Source: an uncultured bacterium (GTDB taxonomy: Bacteria > Lernaellota > Lernaellaia > Lernaellales > Lernaellaceae). Taken from it: a DNA stretch of 19,675 nucleotides. The stretch is taken from NCBI GenBank assembly GCA_964534375.1, contig CAZHPN010000114.1:1-19675 (forward strand), in the 5' to 3' direction. A model generated the notes under the pieces. That model was not told the origin of the DNA and searched no databases. It saw only the letters and a list, made by a program, of their open reading frames with translations. A program made the translations under genes and the position numbers. Below are positions 9,690 to 16,938 of the stretch, piece after piece. Numbering within the stretch: the first letter of the stretch is position 1; every line of letters begins with the position of its first letter.

Positions 9690-11075
9690 TCACGCGTCTT
9701 GCTCCGCCTTTGCCTCCAGCACGCCGGCCGGCGCGTTTTCCATCGCCATCGCTTTCTTCAGCGGCTTGGAGAACGCCAGAATGCCGAAGCCGGAGGCGAT
9801 GCCAATGGCGGTCAGCAGGCTGAAGAAACTCGTGTGCGGCATTCTTTCGTAGTAGGCGCCGATGAAGCCGGCGAGGTAGTTGCCGAAGAACGAACTGAGG
9901 AACCACATGCCCATCATCAGCGAAATCAGCCGCGCCGGCGCGATTTTCGTGACCAGCGAAAGGCCGGTGGGCGACAGGTAGATTTCGCCGAGAGTCAGGA
10001 TCAACGTCGTCGCGAACGGCCAGAAGATGCTGCCCTTGCCGGCGCCGATGAGGTTGGCGCCGACGATCATCACAATATACGAGGCGCCGAGCAGGAAGCA
10101 GCCGAAGGCCATTTTGGCGACGGTCGACGGCTCCTTGCCGCGTTTGTTCTGCCAATCCCACAGGATGTTGATCAGCGGAATGCCGCCGATGATCATCAGC
10201 GGGTTGAACAACTGGAACCAGGTCGACGGAATCGTGAAGCCGAAGATGCTCGGCCAGATCGTTTGCTCGTCGGCCCACAACTGCATCGTGTTGCCCTGCT
10301 GCTCGTAGATGCCCCAGAACGGAATATTGAGCGCGCAGAGCACGCACAGCGCGATGATGCGCGACCAGTCGTTGCGGGTGAGCGGTTCGACCGTGACCTG
10401 GCCGGCGGCCTTGGTTTTCATGACGTTGTCGGGCGCGAGGTCTTTCTGGCCCCACAGGTAAATCGTCACGCTCAGCAGCATCACGATCGCGGCGGAGATG
10501 AAGCCCCAATGCCAGGCGATCTTCTGCCCGAGCGTGCCGCAGATCACCGGCGCCAGCATCGCGCCGAGGTTGATGCCCATGTAAAAGATGCCGAACGCCT
10601 TATCGCGGCGCGGATCGTCGGGATCGGGGTACAGCGAACCGACCTGCGTCGAGATGTTCGGCTTGAACATGCCGTTGCCGAGGATCAGGAGAATGATGCC
10701 GAGGAAGAAGGTCGGCTTGTTGGCGATCACGAGATGGCCGACGGCCATCAGCAGGCCGCCGAAGACGACCGACTTGCGCTGGCCGAGCCAGCGGTCGGCG
10801 ATCGCGCCGCCGAAGATCGGGGTCAGATAACAAAACGCGGAGTAGATGCCGTAAATCTGCGACGACAGCGCCTGCGCGCTGAGCGGGCCGAAGACCCATT
10901 CGAGAAAGGTCTTGATCTCGGCGTAGCCCCAAAGCTGTTCCGGCATCGACTTGAACAGGAACAGCATATACAGCACCAGCAGCGCGCGGTTGCCGTAGTA
11001 GGAGTTCCGCTCGCCGGCCTCCGTGGCAAACAGCACGTAAAGGCCCCGCGGATGCCCCTTCTTCTTTTCGGCCAT
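9690..11075 (-). CDS. POT/PTR family proton-dependent oligopeptide transporter (MFS), copy 1
   Basis: GHPRGL, ExxER variant EAGERNSYYG, GGAIADRWLG, GNGMFKPNIS, PTR2 motif FYMGINLG, GEIYLSP and many TM helices. RBS GGGGAG before ATG 11075. Confidence 0.95.
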   Translation of the reverse strand: MAEKKKGHPRGLYVLFATEAGERNSYYGNRALLVLYMLFLFKSMPEQLWGYAEIKTFLEWVFGPLSAQALSSQIYGIYSAFCYLTPIFGGAIADRWLGQRKSVVFGGLLMAVGHLVIANKPTFFLGIILLILGNGMFKPNISTQVGSLYPDPDDPRRDKAFGIFYMGINLGAMLAPVICGTLGQKIAWHWGFISAAIVMLLSVTIYLWGQKDLAPDNVMKTKAAGQVTVEPLTRNDWSRIIALCVLCALNIPFWGIYEQQGNTMQLWADEQTIWPSIFGFTIPSTWFQLFNPLMIIGGIPLINILWDWQNKRGKEPSTVAKMAFGCFLLGASYIVMIVGANLIGAGKGSIFWPFATTLILTLGEIYLSPTGLSLVTKIAPARLISLMMGMWFLSSFFGNYLAGFIGAYYERMPHTSFFSLLTAIGIASGFGILAFSKPLKKAMAMENAPAGVLEAKAEQDA

Positions 11076-11186
11076 CTTTGCTTCTCCCCGTCTCCGTCGA
11101 CGCAAACAGGAAATTGGCGGCAGTGTGAGGCGCGCATAGTAAACTACTTTGCGGGCGCGGCGAAAGCGCCGATTGCAGCTTGCGGG

Positions 11187-11263
11187 TTGAACCACAGAGC
11201 CACAGAGGACGCAGAGTTTATCAATGTTTCAGTCTCTATGACCTCTGTGCCTCTGTGGTTCGA
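11187..11263. repeat. CACAGAG/CTCTGTG palindromic tandem-repeat element, copy 2
   Basis: ttgaaccacagagccacagaggacgcagag, spacer, ctctatgacctctgtgcctctgtggttcga. The first 13 bp are identical to copy 1. Lies between the porin 3' end and the POT 5' end. Confidence 0.85.
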
Positions 11264-11378
11264 GCCACATAATCTGCGCGCAGCGCAAGAAAATTTCTGG
11301 TCCGTAGTCCAGCGAGCAGAAACGGTCGGCAGGAGACGCCTTCCTTTGCTCCTCCGTGTTTGGCCCGATCACCAATCC

Positions 11379-12866
11379 TCAAATGCGGACGTGGAACCGC
11401 ACGCCGAAGACGCCCACCGGGCCGCGGTCGGCGTTCATGCCCGGGTTGAAAATGCCCTGCGCGTCGAGCGTCAGTTCCAGATAGCGCCAGAGGCCGAACA
11501 CATAGTAGCTCTCGATCACCGTTTCGGTCGCCCGCCGCAGGCCGCCGTCGCCAAGCTGGTAGGTGACGCCGCCCGCGGCGAGATATTTGCCGTCGATCGG
11601 CGATATGCCGTTCAGCGCTACGGCTACGGCGAGGCGGTCGTCGGGCCGCTGCCAGGGTTCGCCGGCGATCTCGGCGCCCGCCGAAAGGTCGCGATCGATT
11701 TCGGTGAACACGAAGACCTCGCTCTTGCCGTCGCTGGCCCCGATGCGGAAGAAGGCGTTCACCCATTTGCCGAACTGCTGATCCACGAGCAGGCCGACGC
11801 CCTGCTTGCGCGCGCCGATCTTTTCGACCGCCGTGACGTCGGGCGCCTTGCCCGGCGCGGCCTCGTTGAGGGCGTCGGCGTAACTGCCCATGTGCGCCCA
11901 ATTGGACCAATAAAGCAGCTTGGCCGAACCCGGTTGGTCCAGCGGCCGGTACCGCGCCTCGCCCTCGGCCATGACCGAGCCGTTGTGGTGGACGTCCCAA
12001 TCAAGATTCGGGGCGTTGGCCGCCGTTGGCATCGCGGCGGTTCCCGCCCGCAGCGCGAAGTCCGGGTGCTCCAGCGAAATCACGCCGCCGGTCGTGTAGC
12101 CGCGGGTGTCGGCCGGGTAGTCCCAAGAGCCCTGTTCCATCAGCGACCAGTTGAGAAAATGGCGGCGTGGGTCGGCAGCCACCGCGCTGGCGTCAAAGAA
12201 ATCGTTCATCGCGAACTCGCCGAGCACGATTTCCAGCCGAAACGGCGTGTTCGCTTCCCGCACGGCAAATGGGCCGGGACCCGTGGGCGCGAAGCGTTCC
12301 TCGAACTCGGCTTTTTCGTCGGTGGGCGCGCCGCCGAGGGGAATGGATTGCCTAATGTACGCGCGAGCCACGTAAGGCAAAATGCCAACCTTGGCCACGC
12401 GCACGATTTCGCCGTTGACGTAGCCGGCAAGGCCGCTGACGTTCGGCATTCCGCCGCCGTCGGCGAACTCGGGCTCGGCGACGACCGACGCGCCGGGCCA
12501 AAGGCGGAAGGCGCCGTAAAGCGTGGCCGTCACCGACCACCCGAGCGACGGTTTCGGTCCGTAGCTGATCGCCGGATTGTCATAGGGCGATTTCATCCGG
12601 GTGTTGACCTGGGCGACGCCGGTCGTCTGGCCGCCGAATAGCCACCATTCGCCGAAGCCGTAGGGGTGTTCCTCGGCGGGGGCCGCGGCGGCGGCGTTTT
12701 CGGCGGGTTTCGGAGCGCCGTTGCCGCCCAGCTCCTCGGCAAGGGCGGCCCGCGGTGACGCGGCCCGCGAGAGAGTCAAGGCGATCACGGTCGTCAGAAG
12801 AACCCTGCCGATAAAGCGGAAGCATTCAAACAAACATAAGCGTTTGCGAGAGCGAAGATTGAACAT
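11379..12866 (-). CDS. Outer-membrane carbohydrate-selective (OprB family) / MnoP-like porin
   Basis: Signal-peptide-like N-terminus, PYVARAYIRQ, FLNWSLM, WDYPADTRGYT (recalled from MnoP-like porins), ETVIESYY, NPGMNADRGP and an amphipathic C-terminal strand GVRFHVRI. Exact start is uncertain. Confidence 0.85.
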   Translation of the reverse strand: MFNLRSRKRLCLFECFRFIGRVLLTTVIALTLSRAASPRAALAEELGGNGAPKPAENAAAAAPAEEHPYGFGEWWLFGGQTTGVAQVNTRMKSPYDNPAISYGPKPSLGWSVTATLYGAFRLWPGASVVAEPEFADGGGMPNVSGLAGYVNGEIVRVAKVGILPYVARAYIRQSIPLGGAPTDEKAEFEERFAPTGPGPFAVREANTPFRLEIVLGEFAMNDFFDASAVAADPRRHFLNWSLMEQGSWDYPADTRGYTTGGVISLEHPDFALRAGTAAMPTAANAPNLDWDVHHNGSVMAEGEARYRPLDQPGSAKLLYWSNWAHMGSYADALNEAAPGKAPDVTAVEKIGARKQGVGLLVDQQFGKWVNAFFRIGASDGKSEVFVFTEIDRDLSAGAEIAGEPWQRPDDRLAVAVALNGISPIDGKYLAAGGVTYQLGDGGLRRATETVIESYYVFGLWRYLELTLDAQGIFNPGMNADRGPVGVFGVRFHVRI

Positions 12867-12886
12867 CGAATCAACTTCTTCTATTG

Positions 12887-12904
12887 TTAGCCTGAGCTAC
12901 CTAA
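12887..12904. promoter_or_regulatory. Candidate DtxR/MntR-like operator
   Basis: TTAGGTAGCTCAGGCTAA (minus strand) has TTAG...CTAA inverted ends and sits immediately downstream of the predicted porin -10 box. Confidence 0.35.
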
Positions 12905-12933
12905 AGTATGTGCACCAATTTGCGCAAAGTCAA
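12905..12933 (-). promoter_or_regulatory. Candidate proximal sigma70 promoter of the porin gene
   Basis: Minus strand TTGACT-17 bp-CATACT in an AT-rich patch. The palindrome TTTGCGCAAA (12919-12928) lies essentially in the spacer. Confidence 0.55.
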
Positions 12934-13138
12934 ACATGCATTGTAATTCGGTATTCGGCGCGAAGGCCTGAAGTTCGGGAGAAGGGGCGGCGCTAGGCGG
13001 ACCGGCGGGAAACGACGGTCAGCCAGTCGGCGCTTTTTCCCCGAGCCGGGGGCGCTTCGCTGCTACTAGGTCCGTCGTCCATCATCGTCTCTCTTCCGCG
13101 CGATTTTTCGCGCTCGAACAATGTTGATTTCGGGCGGG

Positions 13139-13167
13139 ATTTTACTCGCTCGGCGCAAGGCTGTCAA
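13139..13167 (-). promoter_or_regulatory. Near-consensus sigma70 promoter
   Basis: Minus strand TTGACA-17 bp-TAAAAT (11/12 consensus), pointing toward the porin gene about 270 bp away. Confidence 0.75.
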
Positions 13168-13203
13168 CATAATTCCAGGGCAAATAATTGCAGCGCCGGT
13201 TCG

Positions 13204-13232
13204 TTGACTTCCCTGCCGGCGTGTTCTACTAC
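13204..13232 (+). promoter_or_regulatory. Candidate sigma70 promoter for POT copy 2
   Basis: TTGACT-17 bp-TACTAC, back-to-back with the minus-strand promoter. The -10 lacks the conserved last T. Confidence 0.4.
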
Positions 13233-13280
13233 AGGCGCAAGCCAAGCTGCACGATAACCGCACGAACAAAGGGGCGCCGT

Positions 13281-14846
13281 ATGTCGCAGACGGAACGGAT
13301 CCCGGCCGGTCATCCGAAAGGCCTTTACCTGCTGTTCACCGTCGAGATGTGGGAACGTTTTTCGTACTACGGTATGCGGGCCATTCTCGTCTTGTTCATG
13401 GTCAAGTTTCTCGTGTTCACGACCGAACAGGCCGGTGATCTGTACGGCTGGTACACCAGCCTCGTTTATCTGACGCCGCTGCTCGGCGGTTATCTGGCGG
13501 ACCGCTATCTCGGCCAGCGGCGCAGCATCGTCATCGGCGCGCTCGTCATGGCGCTCGGCGAGTTCGCGTTGATGGGCGCCGGCCTGTCGATGACGCCGAA
13601 GGAACAGGTCGTGCCGATCGTGCTGACCAAAGATCAGGCGGCGGCCTTCGCGGCGAATCCTGACGCGGCGCTGGAGCTCGCCAGCCCGCAGAAAGACGCG
13701 GTCGGCAGCGTGTGGAAAAACTTCAAGTCCGCGACCGCGCGCGTCGCGAAGGAAAACGTCGATGGGAAAGGGTGCGTCGCGCTGACCGTGCGCGGCGACG
13801 GGCTCGTCTCGACGGCGATGCCCGCCATTCCCGGGCGGACGCTGACGCTGTTCGGCCTGGGCCTCGCGCTGCTGATTCTCGGCAACGGTTTCTTCAAGCC
13901 GAACATTTCGACCACCGTCGGCCAGCTTTACGGGCAGAACGATCCGCGGCGCGATGGCGCCTTCACGATCTTCTACATGGGCATCAACCTCGGCGCGTTC
14001 TTCTCGCCGCTGGTCTGCGGCACGCTCGGCGAAAAATACGGGTGGCACTGGGGATTCGCGGCGGCCGGCACGGGCATGCTGGCCGGGCTGACGGTCTATT
14101 TCTGGGGCCAGCATAAATATCTCGGCGAGGCCGGGTTGCATCCGGCCGGGGCCCCGAAAAAGACGGGGGCCGCGGCGCACGAACCCTTGACGAAAGCCGA
14201 ATGGCAGCGCATCGCCGTCGTGTTCGTGCTGGTGTTTTTCAATATCTTCTTCTGGTCCGCGTTCGAGCTGGCCGGCAGCGCGCTGACGCTCTTCGCCGAC
14301 CGCTCGACCGACCGCGTGCTGCCGATCGTCAATTGGGAATTCCCCGCCAGTTGGTACCAATCGGTCAACCCGGCGTTGATTTTCATCCTGGCGCCGCTGT
14401 TCTCGGGCCTGTGGCTGAAACTGGCGCGCGCCCGGCGGGAGCCGTCGACGCCCAACAAGATGGCGCTGGGTCTGGCGATGCTGACGGCGGGCATGCTGGT
14501 GATGGTCTTCGCGGCAAATCTGGTCGGGAAGAGCGGCGGCAAGGTCAGCGCGCTGTGGCTGACCGGCTGCTATTTCATGTGCACCCTGGGCGAACTTTGC
14601 CTCTCGCCGGTCGGGCTGTCGGCGGTCACGAAACTTGCCCCGGCGCGCTTCGGCTCCCTGATGATGGGCACGTGGTTCTTGTCGAACGCCGCGGCGAACT
14701 ACCTGCAGGGCGCGTTCGCCGGCCAATACGACAATCTGCCGCTGACGACGTTCTACCTGGTCCCGGTCGGCGCGGCGAGCGTTTCGGCGATCGTGCTTTT
14801 GGCGCTGGCGCCGAAGCTGCGGCAATGGATGCACGGCATCCACTGA
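13281..14846 (+). CDS. POT/PTR family proton-dependent oligopeptide transporter (MFS), copy 2, with a large TM3-TM4 insertion
   Basis: GHPKGL, canonical EMWERFSYYGMRA, GGYLADRYLG, GNGFFKPNIS, FYMGINLG and GELCLSPVG. Confidence 0.97.
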   Translation: MSQTERIPAGHPKGLYLLFTVEMWERFSYYGMRAILVLFMVKFLVFTTEQAGDLYGWYTSLVYLTPLLGGYLADRYLGQRRSIVIGALVMALGEFALMGAGLSMTPKEQVVPIVLTKDQAAAFAANPDAALELASPQKDAVGSVWKNFKSATARVAKENVDGKGCVALTVRGDGLVSTAMPAIPGRTLTLFGLGLALLILGNGFFKPNISTTVGQLYGQNDPRRDGAFTIFYMGINLGAFFSPLVCGTLGEKYGWHWGFAAAGTGMLAGLTVYFWGQHKYLGEAGLHPAGAPKKTGAAAHEPLTKAEWQRIAVVFVLVFFNIFFWSAFELAGSALTLFADRSTDRVLPIVNWEFPASWYQSVNPALIFILAPLFSGLWLKLARARREPSTPNKMALGLAMLTAGMLVMVFAANLVGKSGGKVSALWLTGCYFMCTLGELCLSPVGLSAVTKLAPARFGSLMMGTWFLSNAAANYLQGAFAGQYDNLPLTTFYLVPVGAASVSAIVLLALAPKLRQWMHGIH

Positions 14847-14970
14847 CCGGACGGAAGCGGCCGGCGAAGTATCCGCCGCGCGCTTGACGAACCGGCGCCG
14901 ATTCGCTAAATGCAAACCATCGCGCTCGGCGCCGAGCGCAACTATTCGCGGCATTGGTGGGGGGGGCTTC

Positions 14971-16230
14971 GTGAACCGACAAACGTCGGCAATCCGCGTT
15001 TTCCTTTTCGCTTGCCTGGCGCTGTTCGCGGCCGGGCGAGCGTACGCCGCCGGCGAGCCCGCGCCGCCGCCGCTCCCCCTGATGCCGCCGACCGATGTGC
15101 GCGCGTTCGACACGCCGTCCGACGGCGGCGGTTCGATCACGATCGAATTCGGCCCGTCGCCCGACGAAGCTGCGCCGAACGACCCGGTGGTCAGCTACGC
15201 CGTCGAACGCGCGGCCTGCAAACCCGAAAAGTTTTCGTTCACCGGCGCGACCTCGGCGCGCCTGCTCGCCCCGCGGCGGCGCGCCCGCGAAACGCCCGCG
15301 CTGACCATCGTGGACAGCGACACGCAGGACGGCGCCGACTACTTCTATCGCGTCGTCGCCGTCGCCCGCAGCGGCCGGCGCAGCGATCCAGTCGCCATCG
15401 GGCCGGTGCAGTCGAAGGCGCAGTGGTTCGCCGTCAACAAGCTGAATCTGCTGTGCCTCGGCGCGATCGTTTCGCTGGCGATCGTGTTCTTCATCGAAGC
15501 GATCCGCCGGGGCAAGAAGCCGTTCATCCGCAAGATCGCCGGCCTCGACGCGGTGGACGAAGCGATCGGCCGCGCGACGGAAATGGGCCGACCGATCCTT
15601 TTCGTGCCCGGCATCAACGACATGAACGACGTGCAGACCGTCGCCGCGGTCATCATCCTGGGCCGCATTGCGCGCACGATCGCCGAATACGACACGCGGC
15701 TGATGATGCCCAACACGCGCAGCCTGGTGATGGTCGCCGCGCGCGAAACGGTCAAGGAGGCGTACACCGCGGTCGGCCGGCCGGATTCGTACACCGACGA
15801 GATGATCACCTATCTGACCGACGAGCAGCTCGGCTACGCGGCGGGCGTCACGGGCATGATGCTGCGCGAAAAACCGGCGACCTGCTTCTACCTCGGCGGC
15901 TTTTACGCCGAGAGCCTGATTCTGGCCGAGGCCGGCAATTCCATCGGCGCGATCCAGATCGCCGGCACCGCCAACCCCGACCAGTTGCCGTTTTTCGTCG
16001 CCGCCTGCGATTACACCTTGCTCGGCGAGGAACTCTTCGCGGCCAGCGCCTATCTCTCGAACGAGCCGAAGCAACTCGGCAGTTTGAAGGGGCAGGATGT
16101 GGGCAAGGCGATCGCCATGCTCGTCATCCTGATCGGCACGGCGGTGGAAACGGCGGCGACGCTGGCGAACTCCGACCTGTTGCAGCGGATCGCCGATTTC
16201 ATCCACGGCCTGTTCCGCGTGGCGGCGTAG
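14971..16230 (+). CDS. Membrane protein: signal peptide + fibronectin type III-like domain + TM + DUF6754-like domain + C-terminal TM
   Basis: GTG start after a G-rich RBS and signal peptide ending RAYA. FN3-like segment (PPTDVRAFD...VVSYAVER...DYFYRVVAV). IRKIAGLDAVDEAIGRATEMGRP and QLPFFVAACDYTLLGEELFAASAYL match my recollection of DUF6754 proteins. Confidence 0.8.
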   Translation: MNRQTSAIRVFLFACLALFAAGRAYAAGEPAPPPLPLMPPTDVRAFDTPSDGGGSITIEFGPSPDEAAPNDPVVSYAVERAACKPEKFSFTGATSARLLAPRRRARETPALTIVDSDTQDGADYFYRVVAVARSGRRSDPVAIGPVQSKAQWFAVNKLNLLCLGAIVSLAIVFFIEAIRRGKKPFIRKIAGLDAVDEAIGRATEMGRPILFVPGINDMNDVQTVAAVIILGRIARTIAEYDTRLMMPNTRSLVMVAARETVKEAYTAVGRPDSYTDEMITYLTDEQLGYAAGVTGMMLREKPATCFYLGGFYAESLILAEAGNSIGAIQIAGTANPDQLPFFVAACDYTLLGEELFAASAYLSNEPKQLGSLKGQDVGKAIAMLVILIGTAVETAATLANSDLLQRIADFIHGLFRVAA

Positions 16231-16242
16231 GGGGACGGCGGA

Positions 16243-16929
16243 ATGCTCACACGCAGCGTGCCGATCCTGATCACCTTCGTCGTGGGCGTGGTGCTCGTGG
16301 TCAGTTTTTTCATTCCGCACCAGCCGTTCGGCAAACTCGGCGAAGATTTTTCGGTGTTCTTCGACATTATCGCGTCCTTCGCCTTCTTTCTTGGCGGCGG
16401 CAACCTCGTGCGCATCCACCTCGAAACCGTCGGCAAACGCAAACCCGGCTGGGGATATTCCGGCATCACGCTCGTCTCGTTCTTCGTCACGCTGTTCATC
16501 GGTTTTTCGAAAATCGGCAATCCGTGGGGCATCCAGGGCGACTTGTCGGAATACGGCTCGCCGTTCTACGTGATTTACGAATCCATTTTCACGCCGGCCT
16601 CAGCGACGATGTACGCGCTGCTCGCGTTTTACGTCGCCTCGGCGAGTTACCGCGCTTTTCGCGCCAAGAATCTCGAGGCGACGGTGCTGCTGATCGCGGC
16701 GTTCGTCATCCTGCTCGGCCGCACGTTCGTGGGCGCCGTGCTGACGGCCTGGCTGCCGGACTCGCTGGCGTTCCTGCGGATTCCCAATTTGGCGAACTGG
16801 ATTCTGGTCACGCCCAATCTTTCCGGGCAGCGCGCGATCATGATCGGCATCTCGCTCGGCATCATCTCCACCAGCCTGAAACTGATCCTCGGCATCGAGC
16901 GCAGTTATCTGGGCGGCGACGGCGAATAG
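16243..16929 (+). CDS. Uncharacterised polytopic membrane protein (about 5-6 TM)
   Basis: Highly hydrophobic 228 aa. Motifs ATMYALLAFYVASASYRAFR and LKLILGIERSYLGG. Starts 12 bp after the preceding gene. Confidence 0.85.
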   Translation: MLTRSVPILITFVVGVVLVVSFFIPHQPFGKLGEDFSVFFDIIASFAFFLGGGNLVRIHLETVGKRKPGWGYSGITLVSFFVTLFIGFSKIGNPWGIQGDLSEYGSPFYVIYESIFTPASATMYALLAFYVASASYRAFRAKNLEATVLLIAAFVILLGRTFVGAVLTAWLPDSLAFLRIPNLANWILVTPNLSGQRAIMIGISLGIISTSLKLILGIERSYLGGDGE

Positions 16930-16938
16930 GGGCGGACG

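Noticed and set aside
9515..9823. Short ORFs reading through repeat elements (9515-9823, 1933-2298, 1962-2432, 3436-3651, 19145-19567)
   Set aside because: Their translations simply mirror the repeat periodicity (e.g. HRGT, SPSLP, RTYRTY) with no independent coding signal.
9576..12641. 1021-aa plus-strand ORF and other long antisense/shadow ORFs (345-1955, 3684-5798, 5936-7354, 7785-9374, 13164-15140, 14626-16419, 14910-16961, 17976-19145)
   Set aside because: They overlap well-supported genes, are Arg/Ala/Gly-rich without motifs, and are the expected by-product of high GC3 codon usage.
12867..13132. Known riboswitch (yybP-ykoY, cobalamin, glycine, c-di-GMP) in the porin leader
   Set aside because: I could not find the diagnostic conserved motifs by eye; kept only as an unassigned structured-RNA candidate.
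14884..14912. TTGACG-17-TAAATG promoter for the four-gene operon, and TTGACG at 3102 for the small secreted gene
   Set aside because: The -35 boxes are good but the -10 boxes lack the conserved final T at proper spacing; too weak to list as features.
14959..14966. G8 tract before the operon start (and A8 at 18301-18308) as phase-variation switches
   Set aside because: The tracts are short, frames are intact, and G8 can simply serve as the RBS; no evidence of length variation from one sequence.
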